NCBI RefSeq assembly: GCF_009914755.1
Contig: NC_060936.1
DNA from: the human T2T-CHM13v2.0 reference genome, Homo sapiens
Strand: one strand, 5' to 3'
Length of the DNA: 64,000 bases
Numbering within the stretch: position 1 is the first letter of the stretch; the number at the start of each line of letters is the position of its first letter. The translations under genes and the position numbers were made by a program. Under the pieces are notes generated by a model. The model ran no database searches, had not been told where the DNA came from, and was given only the letters and a program-made list of their open reading frames with translations. Positions 1 through 14,043 of this stretch are shown one piece after another.

Positions 1-149
1 GCCATTGGGGGACGTGGGTGCTGAGAGTGACTGTGGGCCGGGGAATCCCAGGGCCATCGGGGAGCAGATGTGGACACAATCTGCTTTGAAGCCACGGTGA
101 TAGAGATGAACAAATACTTGTGTAACTTCCCGTAATAGTTATTTCAAAG

Positions 150-278
150 CTTTTTTTTTTTGTAGAGATGGGGTCTTGCTATGTTGCCAGGCTGGTCTCA
201 AGCTCCTGGCCTCAGCAATCCTCTGGCCTTGGCCTCCCAAAGTGCTGGAATTACAGGCGTGAGCCACTGTGCCAGGCC
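150..278 (-). mobile_element. Alu left monomer / FLAM
   Basis: Poly-T followed by gtagagatggggtcttgc...ctcccaaagtgctggaattacaggcgtgagccac. Confidence 0.9.
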
Positions 279-2335
279 ACGAAGCATTTTACTAGAATTT
301 TTATAGAGAGAGCTATTGCGTATTGAATGGGAGAATTTCTGATTCAAAATATGATTAAAATGTGCATTTTCCCCAACAATCTTGAAACAGAAGCTGGCCT
401 GAGGATGCCTCTATGTGCAAGTCAGGCGTCTGTTTTCTACGTTGAATGGACTAGCGTCATCTGCACACTGACCACAGCAGGGGCCTATTGATGAAGCAGA
501 TGTCAAAGGTCATGCCAACTAAGACCAACTCACATGTTTGAAGGGCCCCCGTTTCATTCAGCAAACGCATCCCCATCTACCAGTCAGCTTCCCCACACAT
601 CAGCTCCATTTGAAAAGATTAAGCATCGCCTAAGACGTTTCCAGTGAGGCCCAATTCCAAATAGTCTGTTTGAGTTCATTCAGACATTTGCTGGTAGGAG
701 AAACCTCACATCTTTCTGGGTATTTTTTTCCCCTTTCTAATAAGGACTTTTTAAAAACCGTAAGCTTTGTATGACAGTTTTCCATTTTTATTTTTATTTA
801 CTGATTGCTCTTGATCATGTCAGATGGCTGACATGGGCGGCGAGGGTTTACCGTACAGCAATCCTAGCACGTGCTTCGGTCGTCCCTGTTCCGTGGGAGG
901 CGTTTTATTTTTAAAACCATGTATTGCTGGTGACTGTGATTTCCACATTGACACACTGGCATTTTCCTTACTCCTGTGATTTAATGTGTTGCTGGACATC
1001 ACCGCTGAAGCTTCTGAAATGTTTCCTTAAAATTTGCAAACTGAGACCCATCGGTGCTGCCTCTGTTGCTGGTGTTCTCAGACTGGGGCGCCGTTGAGGA
1101 GCACGCGCTCCGTGAAGGGCACCTGCGTGGGTGCCACGCGCTCCCTGCCCAGCATCGCTCTCATCCGCCTGCCTGTAGGGCAGCAACATGGCCACATTTG
1201 GAAACCACCCTACAGCCAGATGTCTTTTCCAAAGGGTCGGCCTGGCAGGGCTGAGAAAGCCCTTGTGCAAGTTTGTTTCACCACTGGCTCGGGTTCAAAC
1301 GAACCACGTTCCCTTGTTGGCATCCAGTTTTCTTTTTTCAAGGCCTTTATTTTAAAGCCATGGAAAGGGGGTCATTTCACCAAGTGGAAATGCCTTCTTG
1401 AAACAGCTCACTGTTCCAAGACCCAGCAACTAAAATGCTAGGAGTTTTTTCAAACAAAAGCTTGAATAACTGTCAGTGTCTTTCTCTCTTCACCCCTATA
1501 CCTGAACTCATTGTGGTGGCTTAAATCAGTAACTCTTGGTGCTTTGAAACCTTTACCTATGAAAAATTCTTCTCCTAAGGTGATATATTCACACAGATAC
1601 AGTTACACACTGTGGCTGAATTTTGCTCCCTGAATATATTGACTTCCAGTAAAGCACTAATATATCCGTGTTAGTCCTGGAACATTGCAATGTGGAAGGT
1701 TTCTCTGCACTTCCCTACTGGATGCATTCTCTAGGTTGTAATGCTATGCTGGCATATTTGAATTGATTACAGCCTTCTTAAGGGAGAAAAGAAAAGAATA
1801 GACCCCATCAGCACATTTTGCTGCGGGGAACAGGTGAATAGCTTTGGCAAGCCTTTTGAGGATGTGCGGCTTTGTCGTTTGTTGCCGAACTCTCCGTCGT
1901 TTTGTCCATTTGTCATCATCTCACGCAGTCATTTTCATGCAGAGTGTCTGTCTCATCAGTTCTTGTGACATCATAACCATTCATCCTTTTGTTGAGCCTG
2001 TGTTATGAGTGGCCAAGTTCAATTTCATATCTCTCAACTAAGTATCTGCCTATGTGTTGGAGCCAGAAAATTAGAACTATCGCTTGCGGCCAAATTCAGC
2101 AGCCATCACGCCCTGGTGTGGGAACTGAGTGGGGCCACTGGAGTGGCCGAGCTGCTGACCAAAGTAAACAAGGGTGGTGGAGGCTGGGGGACGTGAGGTC
2201 CGAAGAGAAAGTCCAGGGTGCTCTTGGATGAAAGAGCCCCTCCTGGTGCCTGCTGCAGGTTGAGAGATATGTTGGTCCCATTTGTCTTTTGTCTCACTCA
2301 CTTGCTGTGCTTTTTCTTTTTGTTGTTTCACCCAG

Positions 2336-2431
2336 CGTCCCGAACCCACAAGCTCACTGTGCTTCCTTCCCGTAATGCTACTTTTGTGTATTCCAATGAT
2401 TCTGCCTACTCAAATCTCTCTGCAACTGTAG
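2336..2431 (+). CDS. ADGRD1: ADGRD1 96-nt probable cassette exon (ASRTHKLTVLPSRNATFVYSNDSAYSNLSATV)
   Basis: Long polypyrimidine tract + cccag acceptor, GTAG|gtgagc donor, 96 nt, phase 1-1, open in frame with the next exon; absent from the 874-aa protein as I recall it. Confidence 0.85.
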   Translation, partial: RPEPTSSLCFLPVMLLLCIPMILPTQISLQL

Positions 2432-2633
2432 GTGAGCATTTATGTACTTTTGTTCTTCGTTCTGTCAAGTTTGGATCTACGATGAATTCTAAGGCCAATT
2501 CTGTTTGGTAGTATCTGAATTCACTATGTCTTGGCTAGCAAGTGAGCAAATGTCCCAGTCAAGACAGCAGATCCAAGGTGTTAAAAAATAACCACTAGGG
2601 TTAAGTCTAAAGGAAGATTGCAATACATTAGAA

Positions 2634-3159
2634 CAGGGGTCCCCAGTCCCTGGGCCACAGACTGGCAGCAATCCGTAGCCTGTTAGGAACTGGGCTGCAC
2701 AGCAGGAAGTGAGTGGTGGGTGAGTGAGTGAAGCTTCACCTGTATTTACAGCTGCTCCCTATCGCTCACATTACCACCCGAGCTCCACCTCCTGTCAGAT
2801 CAGCAGCAGCATTAAATTCTCTTGGGAGCACAAACCCTACTGTGAACTGCACATGTGAGGGATCTAGGTTGCATGCTCCTTATGAGAATCTAATGCCCGA
2901 TGATCTGTCACTGTCTCCCATCACCCCCAGAGGGGACCGTCTAGTTGCAGGAAAATAAGCTCAGGGCTCCCCCGATTCTACGTGATGGTGAGTTGTACAA
3001 TTATTTCATTACATATTGTAATATAATAATAACAGAAATAAAGTGCACAATAAATGTAATGCACTTGAATCATCCCGAAACCAACCTCTCCAACCCATCC
3101 ATGGAAAAATTGTCTTCCATGAAACCGGTCCCTGGTGCCAAAAATGCTGGGGACCACTG
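2634..3159 (+). mobile_element. MER1A-type hAT-Charlie MITE, full length
   Basis: Terminal inverted repeats CAGGGGTCCCC...GGGGACCACTG; 8-bp TSD cattagaa/cactagaa; 526 bp. Confidence 0.88.
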
Positions 3160-4469
3160 CACTAGAAGGTATATATATTCTTTCAAGTTCCCAGGATTGT
3201 CTAAGCCAGCTGCTTGTTTTCAGAACAAAACAGACCCAAGATGAGACCTTTTCTAGACATAGAGATTGTTTGGATTTTTAAATGAATTGTCTTCTTTGGG
3301 GGAGGAAAAGCATGCCATTTTAATGGAAAATTAAAGTTAATTTAAAAATACCTCATCAAACATTTGATTTCTTATAAACATTAAAATCAGCATTTCGTCT
3401 GTAGCTGGACTTTAAAAAAATCGTTAAAAGCTGTTTGTGAAACATATACCCACAAGAATCATAGTTAAATTATTGTCTTATCTGATAACCTCCAGAGCCT
3501 ACATGGCTCAACATGAAGCTCAAAGCAAAAGGGGTAGTAGCAACTGAGGCATTTATTAGATCAGCGTAGAAGCCAGTTCTGACCCTGTCAATCTTACCCT
3601 GTGATCCTTTTCAACACAGAAACTGACTGCTCTTTCAACTGTAAGGTGATTGGCTTCCAAAATTAATGTTTCCAGTCAAGCAGTCTGACTTAGGGGTTTA
3701 TACAGCCTAGCTCAATTACGCAACCACTAGTGATCCATTTAACCTTGCAATATATAGGTGTCCCTCAGCAAAAATGGGATAAAATTTAAAAATGAGTTTA
3801 AAAGCAGTAAGGAAAAACACTGAGGTCCCTTGAGTCGGTTATCCATGTGACAGCATAGCTGGAAAGCCTGAGCTGGGGTTGGGGTCAGGTCCACAGACCC
3901 TGTTAGCTCTCCCGTGTGTCTTCAGCTGGGCTGACGGCTGCCGGGGGCTCAGACATTCTCCCTGACCCATGTGGTAGCAAAGATCTCTGAGCGATTATGA
4001 CCCCAGTTAACAGTAAATCCTACTCGCTCCTGATGTTTACAGTCTTCACTTATCTATTCTGTAAACCATTTACCCCACACACTCACCATCAGATACCCTG
4101 GCCATGGGAACGGGACACAAGATGATTGGACGGGGCAGTGCCCCTCGGGATTTGCGGCCAGCTGGGCTTGTCACCCACAGGCTCTCCTGGGACTATGCAA
4201 AATGTTACTCGGGGTTTTCCTCCTGGCGCCTGAAAATGGGTTCTGCTAAAATCCCAAATCTACCTGTCCAGGTTCAGGGGATTTCAATTAAAACTCAAAA
4301 GGAGAAGGAGTTCAGCTGTAGCTTCACGTTCACACTTGCACTGAAACGTTCCACTTGGAACACTCAGCATGAGGACGGGAGTGGGGAGGGCTCGAAAAGC
4401 AGGTCGGCACAAAGTCCAGGACAGGAGGCGGTCGCCACGCCACGCTTGGTAACCCATCTGTTGGCAAAT

Positions 4470-4740
4470 ATCACAATTATCACATCATCATACGATATGA
4501 TATGCAATATGAAATCCATATGCAAAGGTCTGTATGCATTTGTATATAATACATGCATATTATATACAAATACATTAATATCATTTAATATTAAATTTTT
4601 ATCTGACATACACATTAATAATTTACAATTTAATTACTAATAATATTACTGATGCTATGAATATTATCATAGAATAATATATGATGTTATAAATATATAC
4701 TTAGATAAATAATAATGCATACTTACACATAAGTTATTTG
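4470..4740. repeat. AT-rich low-complexity tract just upstream of exon ~4
   Basis: Very high AT content, TA/TAA-rich. Confidence 0.7.
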
Positions 4741-4816
4741 TAGGTCTGACACACATCTTCAGACTTTTAATCTCGGAAGGTTATTAACATATGATGTTGT
4801 CATTTTTCTTCCTTAG

Positions 4817-4939
4817 ATATTGTGGAAGGGAAGGTCAACAAAGGCATTTACCTGAAAGAGGAAAAGGGAGTCACGCTTCTCTATTACGGCAGGTACAACA
4901 GCTCCTGCATCAGCAAGCCAGAGCAGTGTGGCCCTGAAG
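4817..4939 (+). CDS. ADGRD1: ADGRD1 coding exon (~exon 4), [10 protein letters not shown]...PEQCGPE, start of pentraxin/LamG-like domain
   Basis: ttccttag acceptor, GAAG|gtgagt donor, 123 nt, phase 1-1; peptide matches GPR133 as recalled. Confidence 0.96.
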
Positions 4940-6589
4940 GTGAGTGGCTGATCCCTGCGGCATCTTTGTCAAGCATTTCATTCTCAGGGAGCACCTGCTC
5001 CTCTGGTGACTGGAAGATGTGAACCTGAGGTTCTCATCAATTGCAGAATGCATGAGAATGTCAACAATGGATCGGAGGGCAGGGGAGGGAGGAATACAGG
5101 CAAGGAGGTTACTAAGCAGAGACTTGTCCTGGTGGCTGGAAGTTATAACATCCTCTTACAGAGATGTGAGATCAAAATACTTAATCTTGTAAAGGATGAA
5201 AAAAAACCTTCCTAAAAAACAGACACAGCGATGTCACAGTGGGGACTGGACAGGGCCGTGGCGTTTGTGGGAAGGAAATTGATGGCATGGCACCTGCAGT
5301 GTGATTTCTGGCTCTGGGATGTTGACGGTGAGCGGGCAGGGCATACCCAAGAACACTTGCGCCTGGTTTTGGTTCTTTTACATTCATCGAGAGGGGCTGG
5401 GCAGTGGCTCGAACTGTCCCGGCAAGCGGTCGCAGGCTTGTGGCTAAAGTCATGCCATGGACAGAGCAGAGATGCAAAAGAAAAACTGGCAATCGACTTG
5501 CTTTCGTTTGCTTTTACCGTGTGAAGTGTAACCTGCTCTCTCGTATCTAGGCTTCAGGCAATGCACGTCTGGATCACATTGCAAATTTTCTGGGAAATTG
5601 TTCTCTGCCTTCCAAACCAGCTTGGAGCCTTCAAGTTCCTTTCTCCTAGGCAAAATGAAAGTTATGATTTCTAGGGAGGAACAAAGCTTAATGCAGTCCT
5701 CGTATGAAGCTCTAAGGCATTTTGGACATCAGATGGCCTTCTGTGATGAGTTCATTGTACATGATTGTAGGACAAAATGGACTTTGTTCCAGTAAAAATA
5801 AACAACAGCTTAGCAAGGCAAAAACATGTGGGAGGACACATCTTGGGCTTTGTGGAAACCAGAATTTTGAGCAATGGTTATGAGGCCCAAAACCACGGTC
5901 AGGTTTACAAACTCATAGTTTATGCTGTTCCTGAGTTCAAGCAGCTCCATAAACATCCCAGGCTTATTTATTTTTACAAAGTAAAAAACAACCATGGGCT
6001 CGGCGTGGGCTCGGTGGCAGGGGCGAGGAGGACGGGAGAGTAATATGTGCTCCTTCCTTGCATTGGATTCGGGAAGGGCGGGGGCATATCTGTGGTGGCT
6101 TTTTCTGGGTTTCTAGAGAACGGCTTCTCTTTGGAGTAGAGGCATCCAGAAAGCTCCAGCAACCACACTGGAATTGATCTCATTTGAGGACAAGGATGGT
6201 GCAGGTGCCAGGGGTTCCAATGCCTGGGACTATCACAGATAATGAACCCAAGAAAGGAGACAGTGATGGGACCAGCGGGAAATCAGAGCTACTGGACAAG
6301 TTTTATCTGCACGCCGAGGTCACACATGAGAGGCCTTTGAGCTGATTCTGGCCTGTGGCTGTGTTCGGTTGGACAGGCATCGGGTTAAAATTTTAAAATT
6401 AGCTGTCAACACTGAAAAATAGGAAATTTCCACAGATTTCCAGTTTTTCTTGATAAATCTCTCCTGACTTCTCTGGCTGGCTGGAGCTAAGTCGCGGTGG
6501 CCCTGGACTTCCGTCTCCAGTTCCCCTCAGTCCCCACCAGACTTCTCGACTCTTCAATAATCTTCAGGTCGAACAGAGCCTGTCCGCAG

Positions 6590-6780
6590 CATGAGCTCTG
6601 GGGCCAGAAGGCGTGGGTTCCACTTCCGGTTCCGACCTGTTTGTGGGGATCTTGGGCAACCACTGCTTCCCTTTGAAAAGCCTCATCTGTAAAGTGAGTG
6701 AATAAAAGGACCTTCCCATACAGTTGCTGTGAAGACTGGAAGAACTATTACAGCATGTTCCTGGCATGTGGTTGGTCCAG
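6590..6780 (+). mobile_element. MIR
   Basis: Degenerate core: gggttc...cttgggcaa...cctcatctgtaaagtg. Confidence 0.65.
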
Positions 6781-7169
6781 CTGTCGGGAGGCCTTTTGGG
6801 TTTATCGCTCATGTGTCCATGATTCCAAACTTCCCCTTCGTCACTAGGGTATCTTTTCTAAGAACACCACTTTGCCTGCTTGGAGGGTGACTTCTGACAG
6901 AGGGGCCGTTGTGGTTGAACTGATCATAATAGCTGCATACCCTTGTTGAGCCCCGACTCTGCACCAATCCTTGGTCTAATCCCAAACATGTATTCACTCA
7001 TTTCATGCCCCCAACATGAGACACACAAGAACATGGGTGAAGAAAGAGCCATGAACTCGGGCTCCATGTCCCGCTGTTGACAATTTCTTTTGTGTCATGG
7101 TTAAGCAGAACTTTTAAGATACTGTTCATGTGGCCACTTTCTTTAGAGCATGGCCAGATATAAAACAAA

Positions 7170-7311
7170 GCCGGGGGTGCGGTGGCTCACACCTGTAATC
7201 CCAGTGTTTTGGGAGGCAGAGGCAGGATGATTGCATGAGCCCAGGAGTTCGAGACCAGCCTCGGCAACACAGTGAGATCTTGTCTCTAACTTAAAGAAAA
7301 AGAAAAGAAAG
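7170..7311 (+). mobile_element. FLAM / Alu left monomer with A-rich tail
   Basis: ggtggctcacacctgtaatcccag...gagttcgagaccagcc; TSD aaacaaag on both sides. Confidence 0.88.
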
Positions 7312-10091
7312 GAAACAAAGTCAGGAAACCTTCAATCAACGCTGGCTCGGTGAGAGGCTGCTCTCGTGAGGCCTGATGCAGACGCAGAGGGTAGGTGGGG
7401 CATTTCTCACTGTGCCCCCCTGGGTCTTGAGTTCAGCCTCACAAGGTGACCGGGCCATGAGCCTGTGCGAGGGCCATGGCATGCCTTTCCCGCTTTCCTC
7501 TGCTGTATCCTTGGCTCAGGCGGATTCTCCTGGGGCCCTGATGAGCTTGTACTTCTGTGTGCGGGAAAACAAGCCGTGAACAGGGAAGACCTGCCCAGCA
7601 TTTTCCAAATTAAAGTCCCTGTAGCAGGAGGCAGAGGAGGCCTTCTTAGGGGGCACCTGGAGCAACTAAAACAAAAATCAATGGTTATGTTTTTATTTTA
7701 ATATACTGGGCGCATCAGAAACGAGTTTTCACATATATTATTTAAGAGGAGACTTCAGTGAGCATTGAGCTTTAAAAATGGGTAGATTTAAAGGAAAATA
7801 TTCCCTAATAATCATAATTCAGGTGTTATTCAGATCTCATAAAAATTGTGAATGATTAGAACGTGGGAAGCATTGAATTAGCCTTTTCAGATGTGTTCAG
7901 CGAGTCCTCCGCCACACTTATTGGTGTGGGCACAAACTTATAACCTGTTATTCTTATAACGAAAAACAACGCTTAAATAGAGAAATGCTCTCCAGCCCCT
8001 GCCTAACAGGCCCACTGCTTTTATATTTCTGATTTCCAAATCCTGATGTGGTCTCTGTTCATATTTTCAGCGATTTTTTAACAAATAATGTTTTAGGGGA
8101 CAGGGTTGATGCTGAGAAATGTGGCTGTCCCCCGAGGGTGCCCATAGAAGGCAGAGGTCCCTGCTCCGGACCCCCGCTCCCGGCCCTCCCTCCACCCCTG
8201 CTTCTTCCAGAGCCTCTCTGCTGCTTGTCTGCCTGCCTTCATTCTAGGAGCTACTGTGGGTCCTGTCTTTTGGCAAATGGTGCCTTCTGGGGACATGTTC
8301 TTAAGGTCACTTGCTGCTAATGGGGCAAGCTTTGGAGGACATTGGAGAGAAAAAGGCTGTTTGGATCCCTGGCCATTCTTGAATGTTAAGCTTAGAAAAC
8401 ACAGTCTGTTCCCTCAATACTCAGGATTCTGTCTTTCAACTCCCCTGACCAGTGAGCACACAGGTGGGGAAGCTGAAAATAGGAAGGGGCACTTGCTGGA
8501 ATGTTCTGGCACCTTCTTTCACCTACCTGGAGACCTTGAAGGCTCAGCTCAAGTGTAAACTTTACGGGGATGAGCTCCAGTCCAGGTGAGTTCCTCTGTC
8601 TCATGCCCTTATTGCTCCCCCTACATTTCTTCCCACAACTTGCACCGCCGACGATGGCCTGTCACTTCCGTCTCCCTTACTTGGTCTTCAGCTCAGTGAG
8701 GACGAGGACTGAGTCTGCCTTGGCCAGTGATGAGTTCTCAGTGCCTGGCACACCATAGATACTGCACACTGAATGCATCTCCATCCAGGGTTTGCTGCAC
8801 CTTCACTTGAATACTGAACAAGGGCCATTCACGACTCCTAGAGAAATCATTTCCCCTACATTGAACCTATAGTCAATACTGACTGGACACTCAAGCATGT
8901 TGCTAGGAGGTAGATCTCATGTGAAGTCTGTGACCATAATAAAGTTAAATGAAAGGGAACTGATTGCATAAAATCCAAAAAAGGTCATTTCCAGCATCAA
9001 GGTGCAGATTATTAGGTAATTCTTCCTTGCTTACTCTCATTTCTACCTCTGATTTATTGCTGTGTCGGTTAAGATGATGTTATTTGATATAACAAGTAAA
9101 AACACGGACAACGGCAGAAAAAGAAGCCCATTCCGCTATTGGACTCCTCTGACTTTTAGTGTGTTATTTCTGATATTGGGCTAAATTCCGTCTCGAGTAA
9201 CTTCGGCCCATTGCTTCTAGTTCCAGCTCTCCTGTGAATGGCTTTGGCAGCTCCTGGGAAAGGCAGCCTCCCCGATTAGCCCCTCAGCTTCACCTTCCTC
9301 CCTCTGTGAATGTTTCCTTTGCTTTTTCCTCACATGCATTAAGAACTTCTTCTGCTTATAAACCCCAGAGAGGCTGCTGAGGTCCCGAGGCAGCAGCTGG
9401 AGCATCTCCGCACGGCCATTTCCCTCTTCTCAGCTTTGAGTTGACTTTTTCCCCCTTTGCATTTGTTTCCTAAATTTAAAACGCTGTCAACAATTTGCTA
9501 AGATACTTGCAGGTGGAGTTTTAGGATAGAAATTTCCAGAGGGGCCTGGGGGACACGGGCCTGGCAGGGATCTAGCTACTCTTACTCAGGCGATCTGGGG
9601 TCAGGGGGCTTGGAGGCCTGTGGAGCAGATGATCCTCAGAGAAGCATTCATTCAGCACACTCCTTGAACAGATGGGGAAACTGAGGCCCAGAGAGGATGC
9701 AAGATGAGCCTGAGCTGCCACGATGCTGTGGCACAGTGTATCTCCAAGTACAGCTCGTAGGCCCTGGGTGGCAGCAACTGCAGGTTCCCAGGCCCCAACC
9801 AGGACGTGCTGATTCTGAGTCTCAGTGGACAAGGCCTGGGAATCGGCATTTTTAGCCAGTCTCTCCAGGTGATTCTCGCAACTCATGTGATACCACATCC
9901 CGGAATCCGCGGCTGACTATACGTGCTTGGTTTGGTGGGCGCCGTGTTGATCTTCTGTTTTTAGAGTGAGACTTTCTACATTGTCTCCTGCCAGGTGGGT
10001 GGATCCAAATACCCCAGCCCACGAGGTTTCCAGAAATGGAATTTCTCCCGGTGCTTTCAGTGTTTTTCTTTTAAAATTAACATTCAATTCT

Positions 10092-10384
10092 GGCAGGACA
10101 CAGTGGCTCACACCTGTAATCCCAACACTTTAGGAGGCCGAGGCAGGAGGATTGTTTGAACCCAGGAGTTTCAGACCAGCCTGGGCACCACAGGAAGACC
10201 CTGTCTCAATGAAAAAAAAAAAAAAAATTTAGCAGGGCGAGGTGGTGTGTACCTGTCATCCTAGCTACTCAGGAGGCTGAGGTGGGAGGATCACTTGGGC
10301 CCAGGAGGTCAAGCCTGCAGTGAGCCATGATTGCACCACTGCACTCCAGCCTGGACCACAGGGCAAGACACTGTCTCAAAAAAA
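10092..10384 (+). mobile_element. Alu (J-like), full length
   Basis: Dimeric Alu with middle A tract; ggaggatcacttgggcccagg (J diagnostic). Confidence 0.92.
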
Positions 10385-11279
10385 TTCAACCTTTATATAT
10401 GGGAAAATTTCATTTAAAAATCTATACTTCTGACTTCTCTTAAAATATGAGAACTGCTCCCCTGCACCCCACTGGCAGCAGTTGGTCAGGGGTAAGGAGT
10501 GACCGCCCCTTAAGGCAGGGCCAGCATTTTCCAGTTGTCCTCAGCCTGCAAGACTCTCTGCTGTCTGTCGCTGTGACTGAAGGTGGTGGCCATTCCCCAG
10601 GATGGCCTGCGTGTGGCTTTGTTAGAGGAGCAGGGAAAGGGGAAAGGGAAGAATTTCTTATTCCCATGGGGAAAGTGAGTGTCCTACAGCCCCAGTCATT
10701 TCAGGAAGCGATTAGAGTGGGGCTTTGGGGTGGGGGTGTGGAGTGAGAATTTTAAAGGCTCGATATGCAAACGAGTGTCTCCTCCTGGCCACACCAGGCA
10801 CAGGGCCCATGAGGCAGCCGGGAAACGGGCTCTGAGTCTTGCGTGAAAGCGTATGGGACGCGCATCCTCGTGGCTCTTTGGGAAACGCGGTGGGCCACAG
10901 GCTGGTCCGGGTGCCAGAACGGCCATCAGACCCTGTCCCTGCCTTGCTCCAGCTCTGTTCTCAAGGCTGCTTTCCTGGTGTGGGAGCAGCATCCGCTCAG
11001 AAGCTCCAAGTTCTGGTTTTGTCAGGTGAGCCTGCCCATGCCTGGGTCAGTCCTGGTGATTCTGATAGGCCCAGCCCGAGTCAGCCTTCAGCTGTGTGGT
11101 CTGTGGTGACTGGGGTGGGGGTACAGACGCCAGGCGGGCCCGCATGCCTGTACAACCTCGCGCCCTCCTGGGCCGCTGCTTCGTTGGCATGTGTTGATCA
11201 TGCTCTTGCAGGGTGCTGAGTCTGTGGGCCTGGGAAGGGCAGCTGCATGCATGATCTCCAAGGGAAGGGCGGGAGCCAC

Positions 11280-11460
11280 AGCACAGTGATTACAAACGCA
11301 GACTCCAGATCCAGGCTGCCTGGGTTCAAATCCTGACTCGTCCCAGACCAGCTGTGTGGCCTTGGGCAAGTTACCGCACCTCCCTGTGCTTCAGTTTTCT
11401 CCCCTGTGAAATGGGGACAGTAATGACCCCTAGTTCACAGGTTGTTGGGAGGATTTAACC
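11280..11460 (+). mobile_element. MIR
   Basis: tgggttcaaatcctgactc...ccttgggcaagttac...tcagttttctcccctgtgaaatgggg. Confidence 0.8.
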
Positions 11461-12264
11461 TCAGCCCATATAAGTTCTCCTCACCTGCTAGAAATCATCC
11501 TTTGTCTTATGCCGTGGTCTCTACATATGAAGGGAATTAACTTCTCATCTAGTAAATCTGTGACAAATATTCTTTCCCTGGATGGTTGTCTGTCTTTGAG
11601 TTTGTTACGGTAATTTTTTTTGCCTTGCAGAATATTATATTTATGCACTTAAATTTATTAGTCTTTTCTTATGACTCCTAGATTTTTATTTTTCCTTTTT
11701 TTGTCTTGTCAAAAAAGATCTTTCCTCATTTTATTTTTTGGATGTTTTAGGATTCAGTGCTTATAACAAGAAAAAATTATCAAATTAGTTTGTCAATATT
11801 GTGCTTGTTTCTTTTTCCTTCAGATTTTTCCTTGTTGTATTGATGGCCCAACTCCATGAGGCAAAGTTCCTTAAAAGGCTAATATGGAAGGCACATTGTG
11901 AATTTGTTATGACTCTATGAAGACGTGAATTGATACTTAAATATAAGCTGTTGCTCAGGTAGAAGTCATTGTTTTGTGCGTTGAGTTAACTAAATGAAAA
12001 GCTTGGTTACCGGCACCATGGATGGCCTTCGATCTACCCTTACCTAACACCACATGGAGTTTTTTTATTTTTATTTTTCTTCCTGAACAGAAAGACATTT
12101 GGCCAAGACAGGCTCATTTTGAATTGAGTGAAAGAAATTTTAAAATGCAGCAAAGTTTTTGGAAAAAATTAACTTCCATGAATCCTACTGGGAATTTGTT
12201 TCATAACAAAAATTTCACAACGCACTGTGCTGACTTCCTTGTGAAACGGGTTGTTTCTGAGTGT

Positions 12265-12391
12265 GCAGGGAAGTGGCGGGAGGCTTGGGGGTTTGTCCTG
12301 GCTTCTGTACCCCTCAGCGCCCAAGGCAGGGAAGTGGCGGGAGGCTCGGGGGGTTGTCCTGGCTTCTGTACCCCTCAGCGCCCAAGGCAGG
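12265..12391. repeat. 61-bp tandem duplication (2 copies)
   Basis: gcagggaagtggcgggaggct...cctcagcgcccaag repeated with 2 mismatches. Confidence 0.95.
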
Positions 12392-13111
12392 TGTTGCAGG
12401 AAGCCCGTTCATGAGGTGGGTGTGGGTGGTGCCAGCCAGGTCTGGGGACACCAGCGTCAGCTGCCCCAGGCCTCTGTGCAACCCCCACAGTCGCACCCTT
12501 TTGCGGTGACCCACATTACTGGGCACTCGGGAGGGCTGTTTTCTTTCCCAGGAGCCCTAAGGACAGATGCCGCAGGGCTTGGAGTTGTACCCCGTAGCCT
12601 CTCAGAGGTCCAGAAAGGTCCAGGCCTCTTCCAATTTTTTTGAGGTTCTTCTTCTCTTAAAAAATAAAATGGGGAAATTCCATACCAGGGTTATAAAATG
12701 TATGCTGTGTTTTTCCTGAATCCTGCGAGGGCTTTGAACTCACAAAGGTATAGTTGTCTTGATATATTGTCACAAGACATTTGAAGGACTTCTAACAGAT
12801 ATGTTAATTCATAAGGCATCACAGAAAGCACGGTGGGCAATGAGACACTGCCTTATACACGAATGACAAATGTCTTCTTTGAATTCAGTGACTCTCTAAG
12901 ACTGTGTCCATAACCTCATGTGAAGGTAAGGTCTAAAGTCTAAATTTGGCACCATTTATAGAAATAAAGCCCAGGGCAAATATCCTTCTGCCTCTCCCCT
13001 GCACCCACCGTCCCATCATGGGCCTCTTTGGACCAGTTCTGGGCACGTGTTCTCTCTCAGCACCACTGAACCCTCTTACCCATGTGCCTGGGCCAGGCTT
13101 GGCGGGGGTGA

Positions 13112-14043
<932 letters not shown>

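Noticed and set aside
5740-5900. Possible C/D snoRNA (gtgatga C-box-like motif)
   Set aside because: No convincing terminal stem or suitably placed D box; the motif alone is common.
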